A stretch of 64,000 nt of DNA from NCBI GenBank assembly GCA_963933835.1, contig CAWVVV010000001.1, positions 192,001 through 256,000 of the forward strand. Direction: 5' to 3'. A program made the position numbers and the translations under genes. Numbering within the stretch: the first letter of the stretch is position 1; each line of letters opens with the position of its first letter. This DNA is from an uncultured Puniceicoccaceae bacterium. GTDB taxonomy: Bacteria; Verrucomicrobiota; Verrucomicrobiia; Opitutales; Oceanipulchritudinaceae. The notes beneath the pieces were generated by a model that saw only the letters and a list, made by a program, of their open reading frames with translations, was not told where the DNA came from and searched no databases. Shown here in pieces: positions 49,475 to 59,596 of the stretch.

Positions 49475-49855
49475 TTACTTTTCCCAATCCAAAGCGCCTT
49501 TTTTCAACTCGTAGTAAAGACCTACGACAAGAACGCCAAGGAACGCCATGATCGGGAAAAAGATAGGAAGTCCTTGAGAAAGGAAGTCGCGATAAATCAA
49601 GACCCAAGGGATGAGGAAGACGACTTCGATATCGAAAAGGATAAAGAGCATCGCTGTTACATAAAACTTAATACTAAAGCGTGCTCCCGGAGTGCCTTCA
49701 GCCGCGACACCGCATTCGTAAGCGGAATCCTTAAACTTATTCGTCGGGCCCCGCTGCCCCATCAGATGGCTGACCAAGAGCACCGCCCCAGCGATAAACA
49801 AAGCGAGTAATACTTGCACTAAGACCGGAAGGTAATCTGCGAGCTCTTGCGTCAT
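49475..49855 (-). CDS. nuoA: NADH-quinone oxidoreductase subunit A
   Basis: AYECG, FSIKFY..AMLFILFDIE..FL.PW and KKGALDW. Confidence 0.95.
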   Translation of the reverse strand: MTQELADYLPVLVQVLLALFIAGAVLLVSHLMGQRGPTNKFKDSAYECGVAAEGTPGARFSIKFYVTAMLFILFDIEVVFLIPWVLIYRDFLSQGLPIFFPIMAFLGVLVVGLYYELKKGALDWEK

Positions 49856-49943
49856 ATCTCTACTGACGAAAGCCGCCCACCACTCCATGGCGAGTCGATT
49901 TTGCAAAAAAACAGCCTAGAATGGGGAAGACCCTCGGCAAAAT

Positions 49944-51020
49944 TCAGGGCTTCACGACCTTGAGGCGAACCTCTTCGAAGAAGGCAGCCCCCAACTGTAA
50001 ACTAGCGCTATAGTCCAAAATCGGCAGAAGTATACCGAGCGAACGGAAGCCCCAGCGCTCTCTCCGAGCGTTCAGCCGCTGAAGGATGAGTGCATCCAAA
50101 ATGACCGGATCGACCGCGAGCCAAAGCTTCGGCTCCGAATCCGTGTAGAGAGAATTGAATGAAGGTCCCCCTACAAACTGATACGACTCCAGTGTCATGA
50201 GCGTAAAGGCCCACGTATCGAGGAGCTCGGGAATCGCAGCAATCTCTGCGGTCGCTACCGGTGCGTTGTTCGGGCTGACAAAAAAGCGGGAGCGGTTCGT
50301 CACATTCCAAAGTGTAGCGTTCACGAGCGCTCCATTCACTCCAAGGGTCGGGTGATCGGTCACCATGGGGAGATTGATCCAGAAATCGAAGGACGTGAAG
50401 ATCTTTCCCGGCATCCGACTCTTTCGCTGTTGATCTCGGGCGACATCATCACGCCCGGGTTGAAATATCGCCCGTGCCAGCCCCGAAGTAAAATCTAGAG
50501 GCACCGGGCTGTCATATTCCCAGCCATCCGCCAAAAGCTCGCCTGAATCAATTGAAACAACGGGCACTCCATCGAAGCTCGGCGTCGAGTCCCGTTCAGA
50601 GCGCAGCGGATAGTAACCCGCATCCCGCAGCTGACTGTTCGAAGCATCCACGATCAATAAGCGATCGCGCGAAAATCCGCGCTTCACGAGCGCAGCGATG
50701 ACAGCTCGCGTGAGCGAGTGCGGCGTATCTAGCCCTGGGCCTGAGTTCGTGTAGATCTTGATGGCCGCTCGACCATGCACTGAAGGCGCAAGCGACTTAC
50801 CTGTATCCTCTTCAAAATTGGCCATCAGTGCTTCGACCGAGGCCTGATACATCTGCTCCGAAAAACTCACCATGGGAGCTTCCCAGACCACACCGTTCCA
50901 GTTCTTCCGCTCCCCCTCAAAACCCCATACGCCCGCCGATGCACACGCGGCCATAGCGCAGAGCCCGATCAGGCTAACGAGAAAAAATGGGGGATGGGAT
51001 TTCTGCACACGCATGGTCAC
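49944..51020 (-). CDS. DUF362-like secreted protein
   Basis: Signal peptide, AAIKIYT..GPGL.TP, DFWINLPMVTDH..LGVNGAL.N and DPVILDA. Confidence 0.55.
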   Translation of the reverse strand: MTMRVQKSHPPFFLVSLIGLCAMAACASAGVWGFEGERKNWNGVVWEAPMVSFSEQMYQASVEALMANFEEDTGKSLAPSVHGRAAIKIYTNSGPGLDTPHSLTRAVIAALVKRGFSRDRLLIVDASNSQLRDAGYYPLRSERDSTPSFDGVPVVSIDSGELLADGWEYDSPVPLDFTSGLARAIFQPGRDDVARDQQRKSRMPGKIFTSFDFWINLPMVTDHPTLGVNGALVNATLWNVTNRSRFFVSPNNAPVATAEIAAIPELLDTWAFTLMTLESYQFVGGPSFNSLYTDSEPKLWLAVDPVILDALILQRLNARRERWGFRSLGILLPILDYSASLQLGAAFFEEVRLKVVKP

Positions 51021-51169
51021 AAGGTAAGATACTTTAGAGCACTAAACGTTCAGGTAGAAGCGAGCAGAAGCAAATCTGCTTTTAAAAAGGTTTTGAGTCC
51101 GCGTAAAAATCTACCCATTCTATCGACGCCTCGCTTGCAACTTGGCCAAATGCCTTATCTTCTACCTTA

Positions 51170-52870
51170 TTGTGCGGTCTTCCCTGTGCCCGAGCAAGCC
51201 ACTCCCCAGTCACCCAGAACGACATGCCAGACGGTTCAAATCACATAAACATTCTAAAGTCATTCTTTGTCACACGACGCTGGGCACTCCTCGCTGTTCT
51301 TGCCCTCGCGATCGCTGGCTGTGCCGAAAAAACTAAAACTCCTGAGGAGATCCTCAGCGAGGCCCAAGCCATCGGTGCCACACAAAAACTCGGTGAAGCG
51401 ATCTCGCTCCTCGAAATCTACGATCGGGAGAACCCCGGCAACTTCGCCATCGTTGAACAGCTCGCTTTTTTCTACGGCGAAGTCGATGACCCCGCCACAA
51501 GTGCGATGTTTTTTGCCCGCGCCGCCGAGATTGATCCCTCGCAAGCCGAGCATCTCCTCTTTGCTGCCCAAGCATGGCAGAATGCCGGCGATCTCGACAG
51601 CACGATCAACCTTTACCAGCAGTATATCCTCGCTCGCCCAAACGACCAAAGCGCACGCATCGCCCTCTCCGACCTCTATTATTTGTATGGTGATCTGGAC
51701 GAAGCTCGCAACACCCTCCTCCGTTCCAATCGTCTCTCGCCCAAGAGTGGCGTTCAGGTCCGCCTCGGTGAACTCTTTCTCGAAAGCGGGAACCTCGCTC
51801 TCGCGCAACAGTGGTTCGACAGCGCTGCCCGCTTTGGCGATGAGAATCGCGACGAAGCCCTTCTCGGTCTGCTCGAAGTCGTCATTCGCGGAAACCGTTT
51901 CGCCGATGCCGATCAACTCGTCACCGTGATCGACGAAGAATTTCCCGGTCGCCTCGAAGCTAGCCACATCGCGGCCGTTCGCCCTCAGCTCGAAAAGTGG
52001 CGGAAACAACAGGCCGCAGCCGTTGCCGCGGCAGAGGAGCTGCAAGGAATACGCACCCCTACCGATGGCCGCCTCCCGAAACCCACACCGACCGAGCAAG
52101 TATCCCCTCCATCGGTCGATGCTGCCGACGTAGCCAAGCCAGAGCCCGCAACTATTGATGATGCGACTGCGTCCACAGAAGGTACCGAGATCGTTGCTGC
52201 GCCTGCTGAAACCACCCTCGAAGAAGGCTCCTCATCCGAGTCCGACCTTAGCCCGCCAGATAAGGAAGAGCGTGTCGCCCGTGTCGAAGCAAACATGGAG
52301 CCCTTCGTCCGCCCCGAGCCTGCAGTGCCCTCCGATGGCCCACTGAATCTATTTCCAACCGACGAATTCGACACCGGGTCGAACAACGTCATTGCCTCTG
52401 TTCCGACCGGAAACGACTACGCCAGCTTTCTCGCCCAAGCCCGTGTCGCATTCACTAACGAGCGCTACGCCGAGTCGATCAAGCTCTACCATCGTTCCCT
52501 CGCTCGCTCCTCAAGTGACCCCGTCGTATGGAGTGAACTCAGCGAGGCTCAGCGCCGCTCCGGCGAGAACCAGACCGCGCTCGCCTCAGCGAGCGAGGCC
52601 ATGCGCCGCGCGCCGGATGCCCCAGGGCTTCGCCTTCAGTATCTCCGTGTCGCCGAAAGCAACCTCCGCCCCAACGCCCTGCTCGAAGCGATGGAAAAAG
52701 CCCGACGCGATTTCCCTCTTCAGCCCGAGTTCACCCTCCTCATCGCCCGGGCTCACCGCGAGCTGGGTAACACGCGTTTTGCACAGCGCTACTACCAAGA
52801 CTTTATCCGCCTTGCCCCACCATCGCACCCAGAATTCGCAAAGGCCGAAACCGAGCTGAGCGAGCTCTGA
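51170..52870 (+). CDS. TPR-repeat lipoprotein
   Basis: Lipobox IAGC and two TPR blocks separated by a Pro/Thr/Glu-rich linker. The true start is probably downstream of 51170. Confidence 0.75.
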   Translation: MCGLPCARASHSPVTQNDMPDGSNHINILKSFFVTRRWALLAVLALAIAGCAEKTKTPEEILSEAQAIGATQKLGEAISLLEIYDRENPGNFAIVEQLAFFYGEVDDPATSAMFFARAAEIDPSQAEHLLFAAQAWQNAGDLDSTINLYQQYILARPNDQSARIALSDLYYLYGDLDEARNTLLRSNRLSPKSGVQVRLGELFLESGNLALAQQWFDSAARFGDENRDEALLGLLEVVIRGNRFADADQLVTVIDEEFPGRLEASHIAAVRPQLEKWRKQQAAAVAAAEELQGIRTPTDGRLPKPTPTEQVSPPSVDAADVAKPEPATIDDATASTEGTEIVAAPAETTLEEGSSSESDLSPPDKEERVARVEANMEPFVRPEPAVPSDGPLNLFPTDEFDTGSNNVIASVPTGNDYASFLAQARVAFTNERYAESIKLYHRSLARSSSDPVVWSELSEAQRRSGENQTALASASEAMRRAPDAPGLRLQYLRVAESNLRPNALLEAMEKARRDFPLQPEFTLLIARAHRELGNTRFAQRYYQDFIRLAPPSHPEFAKAETELSEL

Positions 52871-52979
52871 GGTCTGGCGAACATCTCTATCTTCTCTTAA
52901 GTCTATCTGTTGGTGACGCGTTACTAGTTACCAACCGAAAAATATTCACCGCCCTCTGGGCACCCCTCGCCGTCCTCCC

Positions 52980-54866
52980 TTGGCTCTGATTACCCGCCAG
53001 TCGATTGAAAACCTAAAGCTGCACATCAATATTTATGATGTCGTAGCGCGCGAGGTGCAGCTCAAGCGAGCCGGTCGGAACTGGGTCGGACTCAGTCCAT
53101 TTCAAAACGAGAAGACTCCCTCTTTCAACGTTCTCCCCGAACGGGGGATTTTCAAATGCTTCAGTACCGGCCTTGCCGGCGACATCTTCAAGTTTGTTCA
53201 AGAGCTTGAGCATGTAACGTTCGTCGAAGCGGTGGAGCTGCTCGCTGAGCGCTTCAATCAACCCCTCGAATACGAGAAGGGGGCGGGCCCAAAACCCGAA
53301 GAACGCTCCCTCAAGCGCCAACTCCTCGAGCTCCACGAATACGCCGCCGACTACTACCACGAGGCCTTTCTCGCAGACCACCCCGAGGCCGCAGAATGCC
53401 GCGCCTACTGGACGGAAAAGCGGGGATTCCCCCTCGATCTGGCGAAGGAATTCAAGATCGGCTTTGCCCCAGTCAAATCGCAAAAGCTCAACCAGCGCCT
53501 CATTCGCAAAGGCTTCACCGAAAAAGCGCTCCGCGACTGCGGCCTTTTTTACGCGCGCGACTACGACCCCGACCCACTCAAGTTCCGTCCTCGCTTCCGA
53601 GGTCGCCTGATGGTTCCGATCCGCGACCGCCAAGGACAGATCATCGCCTTTACCGCTCGGCAGCTTGAGCTTACCCCGGAAGATGACCCCGCCCACCAGG
53701 CCAAGTACATCAATTCGCCCGGAACGCCACTTTTCAGCAAGAGCCACATCCTTTTCAATCTCGAGCGAGCCCGCGAAGCAGTGCGAGAAACCCAGCGCTT
53801 CGTCATGGTCGAAGGCCAACTCGATGCGATTCGCTGTTGGCACGAAGGCGTCCGTGAGACGATCGCCCCACAAGGCACGAGCATCACGCCCGAACAACTC
53901 GCCCTCCTCCGCCCTTTTACGACTAAGCTCACCGTTGTGCTCGATGGCGACAAGGCCGGCCAAAAAGCGGCCCTCCGGATGCTCCCGCTCGCCCTTGGCG
54001 TTGGCCTCGAGCTCCACTTTGCCGCCCTGCCTGCTGAGCAAGACCCTGACAGCTTTCTTCAATCCCAAGGCGCCGACGCCTTTCAGGAGCTGCTCGATCA
54101 AGCGGAGGCCGCCATGCCTTTCACCGCTCGAGCGCTCCTTCCCGACAACGCCAGTGCCCAAGACCGCGCTCAAGTCATCCAGGAACTCGCTCAAATCCTC
54201 GCGCCCTGCGAATCTGACGTCGCTCGCATCGCCTACTTCGAAGAGGCCATCGAGGTCTTGCCTCTCGATGCTGTCGCCGCTCGCCACGATTTTGATCTGC
54301 ACCTGAGTCGTATCCTCAAACGCGCTAAACCCATTCGCAATGAGGCTTCACTCGATAGCTCGAAACCCAAACAGCGTTTACGCCCGGCAGCGCCCACCTC
54401 AAAAAAGCTGACCAACGCCGAGGCCGACCTCGTCGTCTACATTCTCCATCACGAAGACTATGGAGCCCCGCTCGCCGAAGTTCTCGACCCCGCTTGGCTG
54501 AACTACGAGGCCACCGAAGGACGCCTTCTTGGCTGGCTGACCAGCGAGCTTGCCGAAGGCCAAAAACTGAGCGAACTTGAACCCCGTGCCTCCCTCGAAA
54601 ACGAGGCCGACATCGACGCCTATTTTCAGCTCCTCGCCCAAGAATCACCGCCTCTGGACCCAGAAGTTTTCATCAACGCCCAGCTCGAAGTCCTCTACAA
54701 ACGTCACCTCGATCGTAAAAAGCAGTCGCTGGCAGCTCAGATCGCAAACCTCGAAGGAGACTTTGAAAAGCAAATGGAACTGCAGAAAAAGCTTTCCGAA
54801 CTGCGAAAAGACCTCCAAACGAATCAAGTTCCAGTCTTGCGAAATCTAAATCCTTCTACAAGTTAG
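52980..54866 (+). CDS. dnaG: DNA primase
   Basis: EKTPSF, RFRGRLMVPI, AKYINSP, VEGQLDAI and DGDKAG TOPRIM; upstream of rpoD. Confidence 0.96.
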   Translation: MALITRQSIENLKLHINIYDVVAREVQLKRAGRNWVGLSPFQNEKTPSFNVLPERGIFKCFSTGLAGDIFKFVQELEHVTFVEAVELLAERFNQPLEYEKGAGPKPEERSLKRQLLELHEYAADYYHEAFLADHPEAAECRAYWTEKRGFPLDLAKEFKIGFAPVKSQKLNQRLIRKGFTEKALRDCGLFYARDYDPDPLKFRPRFRGRLMVPIRDRQGQIIAFTARQLELTPEDDPAHQAKYINSPGTPLFSKSHILFNLERAREAVRETQRFVMVEGQLDAIRCWHEGVRETIAPQGTSITPEQLALLRPFTTKLTVVLDGDKAGQKAALRMLPLALGVGLELHFAALPAEQDPDSFLQSQGADAFQELLDQAEAAMPFTARALLPDNASAQDRAQVIQELAQILAPCESDVARIAYFEEAIEVLPLDAVAARHDFDLHLSRILKRAKPIRNEASLDSSKPKQRLRPAAPTSKKLTNAEADLVVYILHHEDYGAPLAEVLDPAWLNYEATEGRLLGWLTSELAEGQKLSELEPRASLENEADIDAYFQLLAQESPPLDPEVFINAQLEVLYKRHLDRKKQSLAAQIANLEGDFEKQMELQKKLSELRKDLQTNQVPVLRNLNPSTS

Positions 54867-54916
54867 ACCGCTTTTGTCCATTTTCCGCCTCTCGGCGATG
54901 ACCACCACCCGCGCGC

Positions 54917-56938
54917 ATGCCCACAAAAAAAGCCACCACCAAGAAGGCCACTAAGAAAACTTCCAGTGTCAAAAAGAAGACCGTAGCGAAGAAGGCCACC
55001 AAGAAGACTTCCAGCGTCAAAAAGAAGACGGCCGTGAAGAAGGCTCCGGCTAAAAAGACCTCGGCGAAGAAAACCGTGGTCAAGAAAGCTGCGGCAAAAA
55101 AGACGGCAGTGAAGAAAACCGCGGCGAAGAAGGCAGCCAAAAAGCAGGCCGCTGAAGAGCAACTTTCAACTCAGAGCTCTGCTGCTAAGATCGCTGCAGA
55201 ACTCGTCTCTAAGGCTGCTAGCATGGCGACAGAGTCCGACGACACGAAGAAGGCCGACGAAGCGACAGCGGAGATGAACGACCGCGTGCAAAACCTCATT
55301 CGTAAGTCGAAGGAGCAAGGTTACCTTACTTACGCCGACATCAATGCCGAGCTTCCCGGCTCCGTAGGCAGCTCAGCCGAAATCGAGAACGTCATTACGA
55401 TCCTCGAAAACCTCGATATCGACATGATCGATAATGAGGAAGTCGAGCTCTACAAGAAGCGCCTCGAAGAGCACTCCGAAGAAGAAGTCCGCAACGCTCA
55501 GTCCGACATCCTCGACGACCCTGTCCGGATGTATCTCAAGCAGATGGGTCAAGTGCCTCTCCTCACTCGTGAGGAAGAAGTCGCCATCTCGAAGCGGATC
55601 GAAGACGCCGAGCTCAAGGCTCAAGACGAGCTCTTCTCGATTGCTTTCACATCACCTTTCCAACGCGAGCTCGGTCAGAAGCTGATCGATCGCGACGAGC
55701 GTTTCGACCGCGTTGTCCTCGATAAGAAAGTCGAGTCCCGCGAAGCCTACTTCAAGGCACTTCCCGAGATCATCACTGAAATCGAAGTGATCGAGAAGAA
55801 GCTGACAAAGAACTGGGGCGACCACACCAAGCCCGAGGCAGACGACGCCTCCAAGAAACGTGCCCTCGGTCGTTTCACCAAGAATCAAGCGCTGCTCAAG
55901 CCGATTTTCCGCAAGTTCTGCTTCAAGCTTAAGGTCTTCGAAGAACACCTCGAATCCCTCGACCCGCTCATCCGCGAAATCGGCAAGCTGATCAACAGCC
56001 TCGACCTCGCAGACAAGGCTCACTTGCGCCGTCGCCGTCCGATCGATGTCGATCGCGTTCAGCGCCGTCTAGATGAGATTCATCAGCAGCTCCGGATCGA
56101 ACCCGACGAATTTCTTCAAGTCATCCGTGGCACGCGCCGCGCGATGCGAGCCGCTCACCGCGCCAAGACCGAAATGGTCGAAGCCAACCTCCGTCTCGTC
56201 ATCTCGATCGCGAAGAAGTACACCAATCGTGGTCTCTCCTTCCTCGACCTCATTCAGGAAGGCAACATGGGCCTCATGAAGGCGGTCGAGAAATTCGAAT
56301 ACCGTCGCGGTTACAAATTCTCGACCTACGCCACTTGGTGGATTCGCCAAGCGATCACCCGTTCGATTGCAGACCAAGCCCGCACGATCCGGATTCCAGT
56401 CCACATGATCGAGACCTTGAATAAGGTCATGCAGGTTCAGAAGCAGCTCCTCCAAGAACTCGGCCACGAGCCGACCGCCGAGGAAGTCGCCGACGAAATG
56501 GATCTCCCGGTCGATCGCGTGCAGTCGATCATGAAGATGGCTCAACAGCCCATCTCCCTCCAGTCGCCAGTCGGCGATTCGGATGACACCAATTTTGGTG
56601 ACTTCATCGAAGATAAGGCTGCTGAAAACCCTTACGACATGACTGCCTACTCGCTCCTTCGCGAGAAGATCATGGACGTCCTCGAATCGCTCACAGACCG
56701 CGAGCGCCGTGTTCTCAGCCTCCGCTTTGGACTCGTCGATGGCTACAGCCGGACCCTCGAAGAAGTGGGTCGCCAGTTCAACGTCACACGGGAACGGATT
56801 CGCCAAATCGAAGCGAAGGCCCTGCGAAAGATGCGTCACCCAACCCGTATTCGTCAGCTCCACGGTTTCTTCGAAAACGAAGGCAACCTCGACGGCCCTG
56901 GCGCACAGGACTTCATCGAAGGCAAAGAAGGCAAGTAA
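54917..56938 (+). CDS. rpoD: Primary sigma factor RpoD with Lys/Ala/Thr-rich N-terminal extension
   Basis: [34 protein letters not shown] and [10 protein letters not shown]. Confidence 0.97.
   Translation: MPTKKATTKKATKKTSSVKKKTVAKKATKKTSSVKKKTAVKKAPAKKTSAKKTVVKKAAAKKTAVKKTAAKKAAKKQAAEEQLSTQSSAAKIAAELVSKAASMATESDDTKKADEATAEMNDRVQNLIRKSKEQGYLTYADINAELPGSVGSSAEIENVITILENLDIDMIDNEEVELYKKRLEEHSEEEVRNAQSDILDDPVRMYLKQMGQVPLLTREEEVAISKRIEDAELKAQDELFSIAFTSPFQRELGQKLIDRDERFDRVVLDKKVESREAYFKALPEIITEIEVIEKKLTKNWGDHTKPEADDASKKRALGRFTKNQALLKPIFRKFCFKLKVFEEHLESLDPLIREIGKLINSLDLADKAHLRRRRPIDVDRVQRRLDEIHQQLRIEPDEFLQVIRGTRRAMRAAHRAKTEMVEANLRLVISIAKKYTNRGLSFLDLIQEGNMGLMKAVEKFEYRRGYKFSTYATWWIRQAITRSIADQARTIRIPVHMIETLNKVMQVQKQLLQELGHEPTAEEVADEMDLPVDRVQSIMKMAQQPISLQSPVGDSDDTNFGDFIEDKAAENPYDMTAYSLLREKIMDVLESLTDRERRVLSLRFGLVDGYSRTLEEVGRQFNVTRERIRQIEAKALRKMRHPTRIRQLHGFFENEGNLDGPGAQDFIEGKEGK
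54941..55036 (+). repeat. Imperfect 48-bp tandem duplication in the rpoD 5' end
   Basis: AAGAAGGCCACYAAGAARACTTCCAGYGTCAAAAAGAAGAC starts at 54941 and 54989 ([14 protein letters not shown] twice). Confidence 0.85.
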
Positions 56939-56964
56939 GCCTTCGTCCTACTACCCGCCCAAGT

Positions 56965-57287
56965 ATGGCCGGAAATTCATTTCACAGACGATACCTCTTC
57001 GGGGGTATCGTCTTTTTTTGCGCGCTCATCGGGTGTCAGCAGAAAATGGGTACAGCGATGCCTCCGCTTGCGCAGCCTACCGCGACCACCTCAGACACCA
57101 CCCTCAGTCCCAATCAACGCATCGGCTTCGTCACCTGGGTCAGCGATACCGACAACACGCTCGTGATTGAACTCGACCCTTACCTTGCCGTCCCGCCGCT
57201 CTCCTTGCCGGCCAAGTATCCCCCGGCGACGAAATCGTAGCCCCCGGCCCAGACCTCCGAGCATGGGGCTCGGCTCAGCTAAACTAG
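56965..57287 (+). pseudogene. Small lipoprotein, probably frameshifted or internally deleted
   Basis: Lipobox LIGC. A plausible tail LLAGQVSPGDEIVAPGPDLRAWGSAQLN* lies in another frame from 57201 to 57287. Confidence 0.45.
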
Positions 57288-57391
57288 CTGAAAACAAATA
57301 GGTACCCACAAAAGCGGGCACTGCCTGGAGCAGACAAAATCATCTCTCACATGACCTAAATTGCAGTACTACAAAACAGAATTCACAAATA

Positions 57392-57516
57392 ATCCGTGTT
57401 CATCCGTGGTTAAAAATACCCCAATTTCTGTTTTTTGAGTCTTCTGTGCCTTCTGTGGTTCCAAAGTAAAACGATTCACAGCCGCAATCTGTTTTTATCT
57501 GCGTTCATTCGTGGTT
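57392..57516. repeat. Three degenerate ~20-bp direct repeats
   Basis: ATCCGTGTTCATCCGTGGTT (57392), TTCTGTGCCTTCTGTGGTT (57442) and ATCTGCGTTCATTCGTGGTT (57497). Confidence 0.7.
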
Positions 57517-57591
57517 TTACGCCCCACTTTTCGCACCTTTCTCAAAATCAAACTTGCGCCTGACTAAAAGGCTGATTTCACGTCATTCATT

Positions 57592-59469
57592 ATGAGCACA
57601 CAAACTCCGGAAAAACACCAATTTCAGGCTGAAACACGCCAGCTCCTCGATATCGTTATTCACTCTCTTTACACTGATAAAGAGATTTTTGTGCGCGAGC
57701 TTGTCTCAAACGCCGCTGACTCGCTCGAGAAGCTGCGCCACACCGCGCTCACTGAATCGGTCTTCGACGACAGCCTGCCACTAGAAATCAACATCACCTC
57801 CGACGATACCGCCGGCACGATCACGATTCAGGACTACGGCATCGGTTTCACCCGTGACGAGCTGAACGAGAACATCGGAACAATAGCCCACTCCGGCTCA
57901 AAAGCATTTGCTGCTGCCCTGAAAGAAGCGGGCAAGGCTGGCAAAGAAGGCGCGGAGCTCATCGGCCAATTTGGTGTCGGTTTCTACAGCGCTTTCATGG
58001 TCGCCGAAGACGTCAAGGTCTACACCCACTCATGGAAAGAAGACGGCCAAAATCTCATTTGGAGTTCTGACGGCCTTGGCGAATACGCGATCGAAGAAGC
58101 CCCTGACACACAGCGCCGCGGTGCCAAGATCGTCATCAAGCTTAAGGACGAAGACAAAGTCTTCGCTAACGCCAGCACCCTAGAAGGCATCATCAAGCGC
58201 TACAGCTCCTTCGTTCCCTTCACGATCAACCTCAACGGCAAGAAGATCGATACCGTCGAGGCCCTCTGGCTCCGCAGTAAGGCTGAAGTCACGAAGGAAG
58301 AATACACTGAGTTCTACAAGTTTCAGGCCAACGCCTTCGACGAGCCGACTTACACCCTCCACTTCAGCGCCGACGCGCCGATCACGATCAACTCCCTCCT
58401 CTTCACGCCAAAGGAAAACATGGAGAAGTTTGGTTTCGGTCGGATGGAGCCCGCCGTTTCCCTTTACTGCAAAAAGGTCCTTATCGACGCTAAGCCGGAA
58501 GGCCTCCTCCCCGAGTGGATGCGTTTCGTTAAGGGTGTCATCGACAGTGCTGACATCCCGCTAAACATCTCCCGAGAATCGATGCAGGACAGTGCCCTGA
58601 TCAAGAAGATCGGCACCGTCATCAGTGGACGCTATCTCAAGTCTCTCATCGACGAAGCTAAGAAGAACCCCGAGGACTACGACGCGTTCTACAAAAACTT
58701 CGGGCTCTTTCTCAAAGAGGGCGTCACCTCCGACTTCGCGAACAAAGAGCGCCTAGCCAAACTCCTTCGCTACGAGTCCTCCCTCACGGAAGAGAAGTCG
58801 ACCACCAGCCTCGCCGACTACGTCAGCCGCATGACGGAAGAGCAAAAAGAGATCTACTATCTCTACGCTCCTTCCCGCGACGCGATCGAGACCGGTCCGT
58901 ATCTCGAAACCTTCCGCCAAAACAACCGCGAGGTCCTCTTCCTTTACGAGCCGATCGATGAGTTCGTCATGAACCACCTCAACGAGTTCGACGGCAAGAA
59001 GCTCCTCGCCGCCGATAGCTCTGAAATCGATCTGAATGATGCGACCGGCGAAGGCGAAGCTCTGAGCGAAGACGAACTCAAAGCCCTCACCGAATGGTTC
59101 AAAACGACCCTCGGCGAAAAGGTCTCTGAAGTCGAAGCCTCCAAGCGCCTCGTCGACAGCCCCGCCGCTGCCCTCAACGCCGACAAGATGATGACGCCCA
59201 CGATGCGCCGCCTTATGAAGTCGATGCAGCAGGACGTGCCTGATCAGCAAACGATCCGCCTCGAGATCAACCCGCGTCACTCCCTCCTGCACAACCTCAA
59301 TGCCCTCCGCACGAGCGACAGTGAACTCGCTGGTGAACTCGCCGAGCAAATCTATGGCAACGCCATGGTCGCCGCTGGCTTCATCGAAGACCCGCGCGAA
59401 ATGGTCGGCCGCGTCTACAAAATGATGGAACGCCTCGCCGCCCGCGAAGCTGGCAAAAGCGACGCCTAG
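57592..59469 (+). CDS. htpG: Chaperone HtpG (Hsp90)
   Basis: FQAET, EIFVRELVSNAAD, IGQFGVGFYSAF and IPLNISRE. Confidence 0.97.
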   Translation: MSTQTPEKHQFQAETRQLLDIVIHSLYTDKEIFVRELVSNAADSLEKLRHTALTESVFDDSLPLEINITSDDTAGTITIQDYGIGFTRDELNENIGTIAHSGSKAFAAALKEAGKAGKEGAELIGQFGVGFYSAFMVAEDVKVYTHSWKEDGQNLIWSSDGLGEYAIEEAPDTQRRGAKIVIKLKDEDKVFANASTLEGIIKRYSSFVPFTINLNGKKIDTVEALWLRSKAEVTKEEYTEFYKFQANAFDEPTYTLHFSADAPITINSLLFTPKENMEKFGFGRMEPAVSLYCKKVLIDAKPEGLLPEWMRFVKGVIDSADIPLNISRESMQDSALIKKIGTVISGRYLKSLIDEAKKNPEDYDAFYKNFGLFLKEGVTSDFANKERLAKLLRYESSLTEEKSTTSLADYVSRMTEEQKEIYYLYAPSRDAIETGPYLETFRQNNREVLFLYEPIDEFVMNHLNEFDGKKLLAADSSEIDLNDATGEGEALSEDELKALTEWFKTTLGEKVSEVEASKRLVDSPAAALNADKMMTPTMRRLMKSMQQDVPDQQTIRLEINPRHSLLHNLNALRTSDSELAGELAEQIYGNAMVAAGFIEDPREMVGRVYKMMERLAAREAGKSDA

Positions 59470-59494
59470 ACGTCCCAAGATTCAACTACACTTC

Positions 59495-59529
59495 AAAAAG
59501 CCGGTCACAGCGATGTGACCGGCTTTTTT
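59495..59529. terminator. Bidirectional intrinsic terminator
   Basis: AAAAAGCCGGTCACA-gcga-TGTGACCGGCTTTTTT between convergent htpG and the OsmC-family gene. Confidence 0.92.
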
Positions 59530-59596
59530 GTCTGAGCAGTGCGCTATCTGAACATTTTACGTTTGCACCTTGCTGATTGATTCGCGCCTGAGGTGT

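Noticed and set aside
53013..54302. 429-aa antisense ORF, and similar ones at 51260-52099, 56069-56863, 58753-59478 and 10237-10926
   Set aside because: They lie fully or almost fully opposite well-supported genes and have no motifs; they are shadow ORFs caused by codon bias.
57392..57516. Possible mini CRISPR array
   Set aside because: Only three short, degenerate units with internal subrepeats and no cas genes in the window; kept as a generic repeat.
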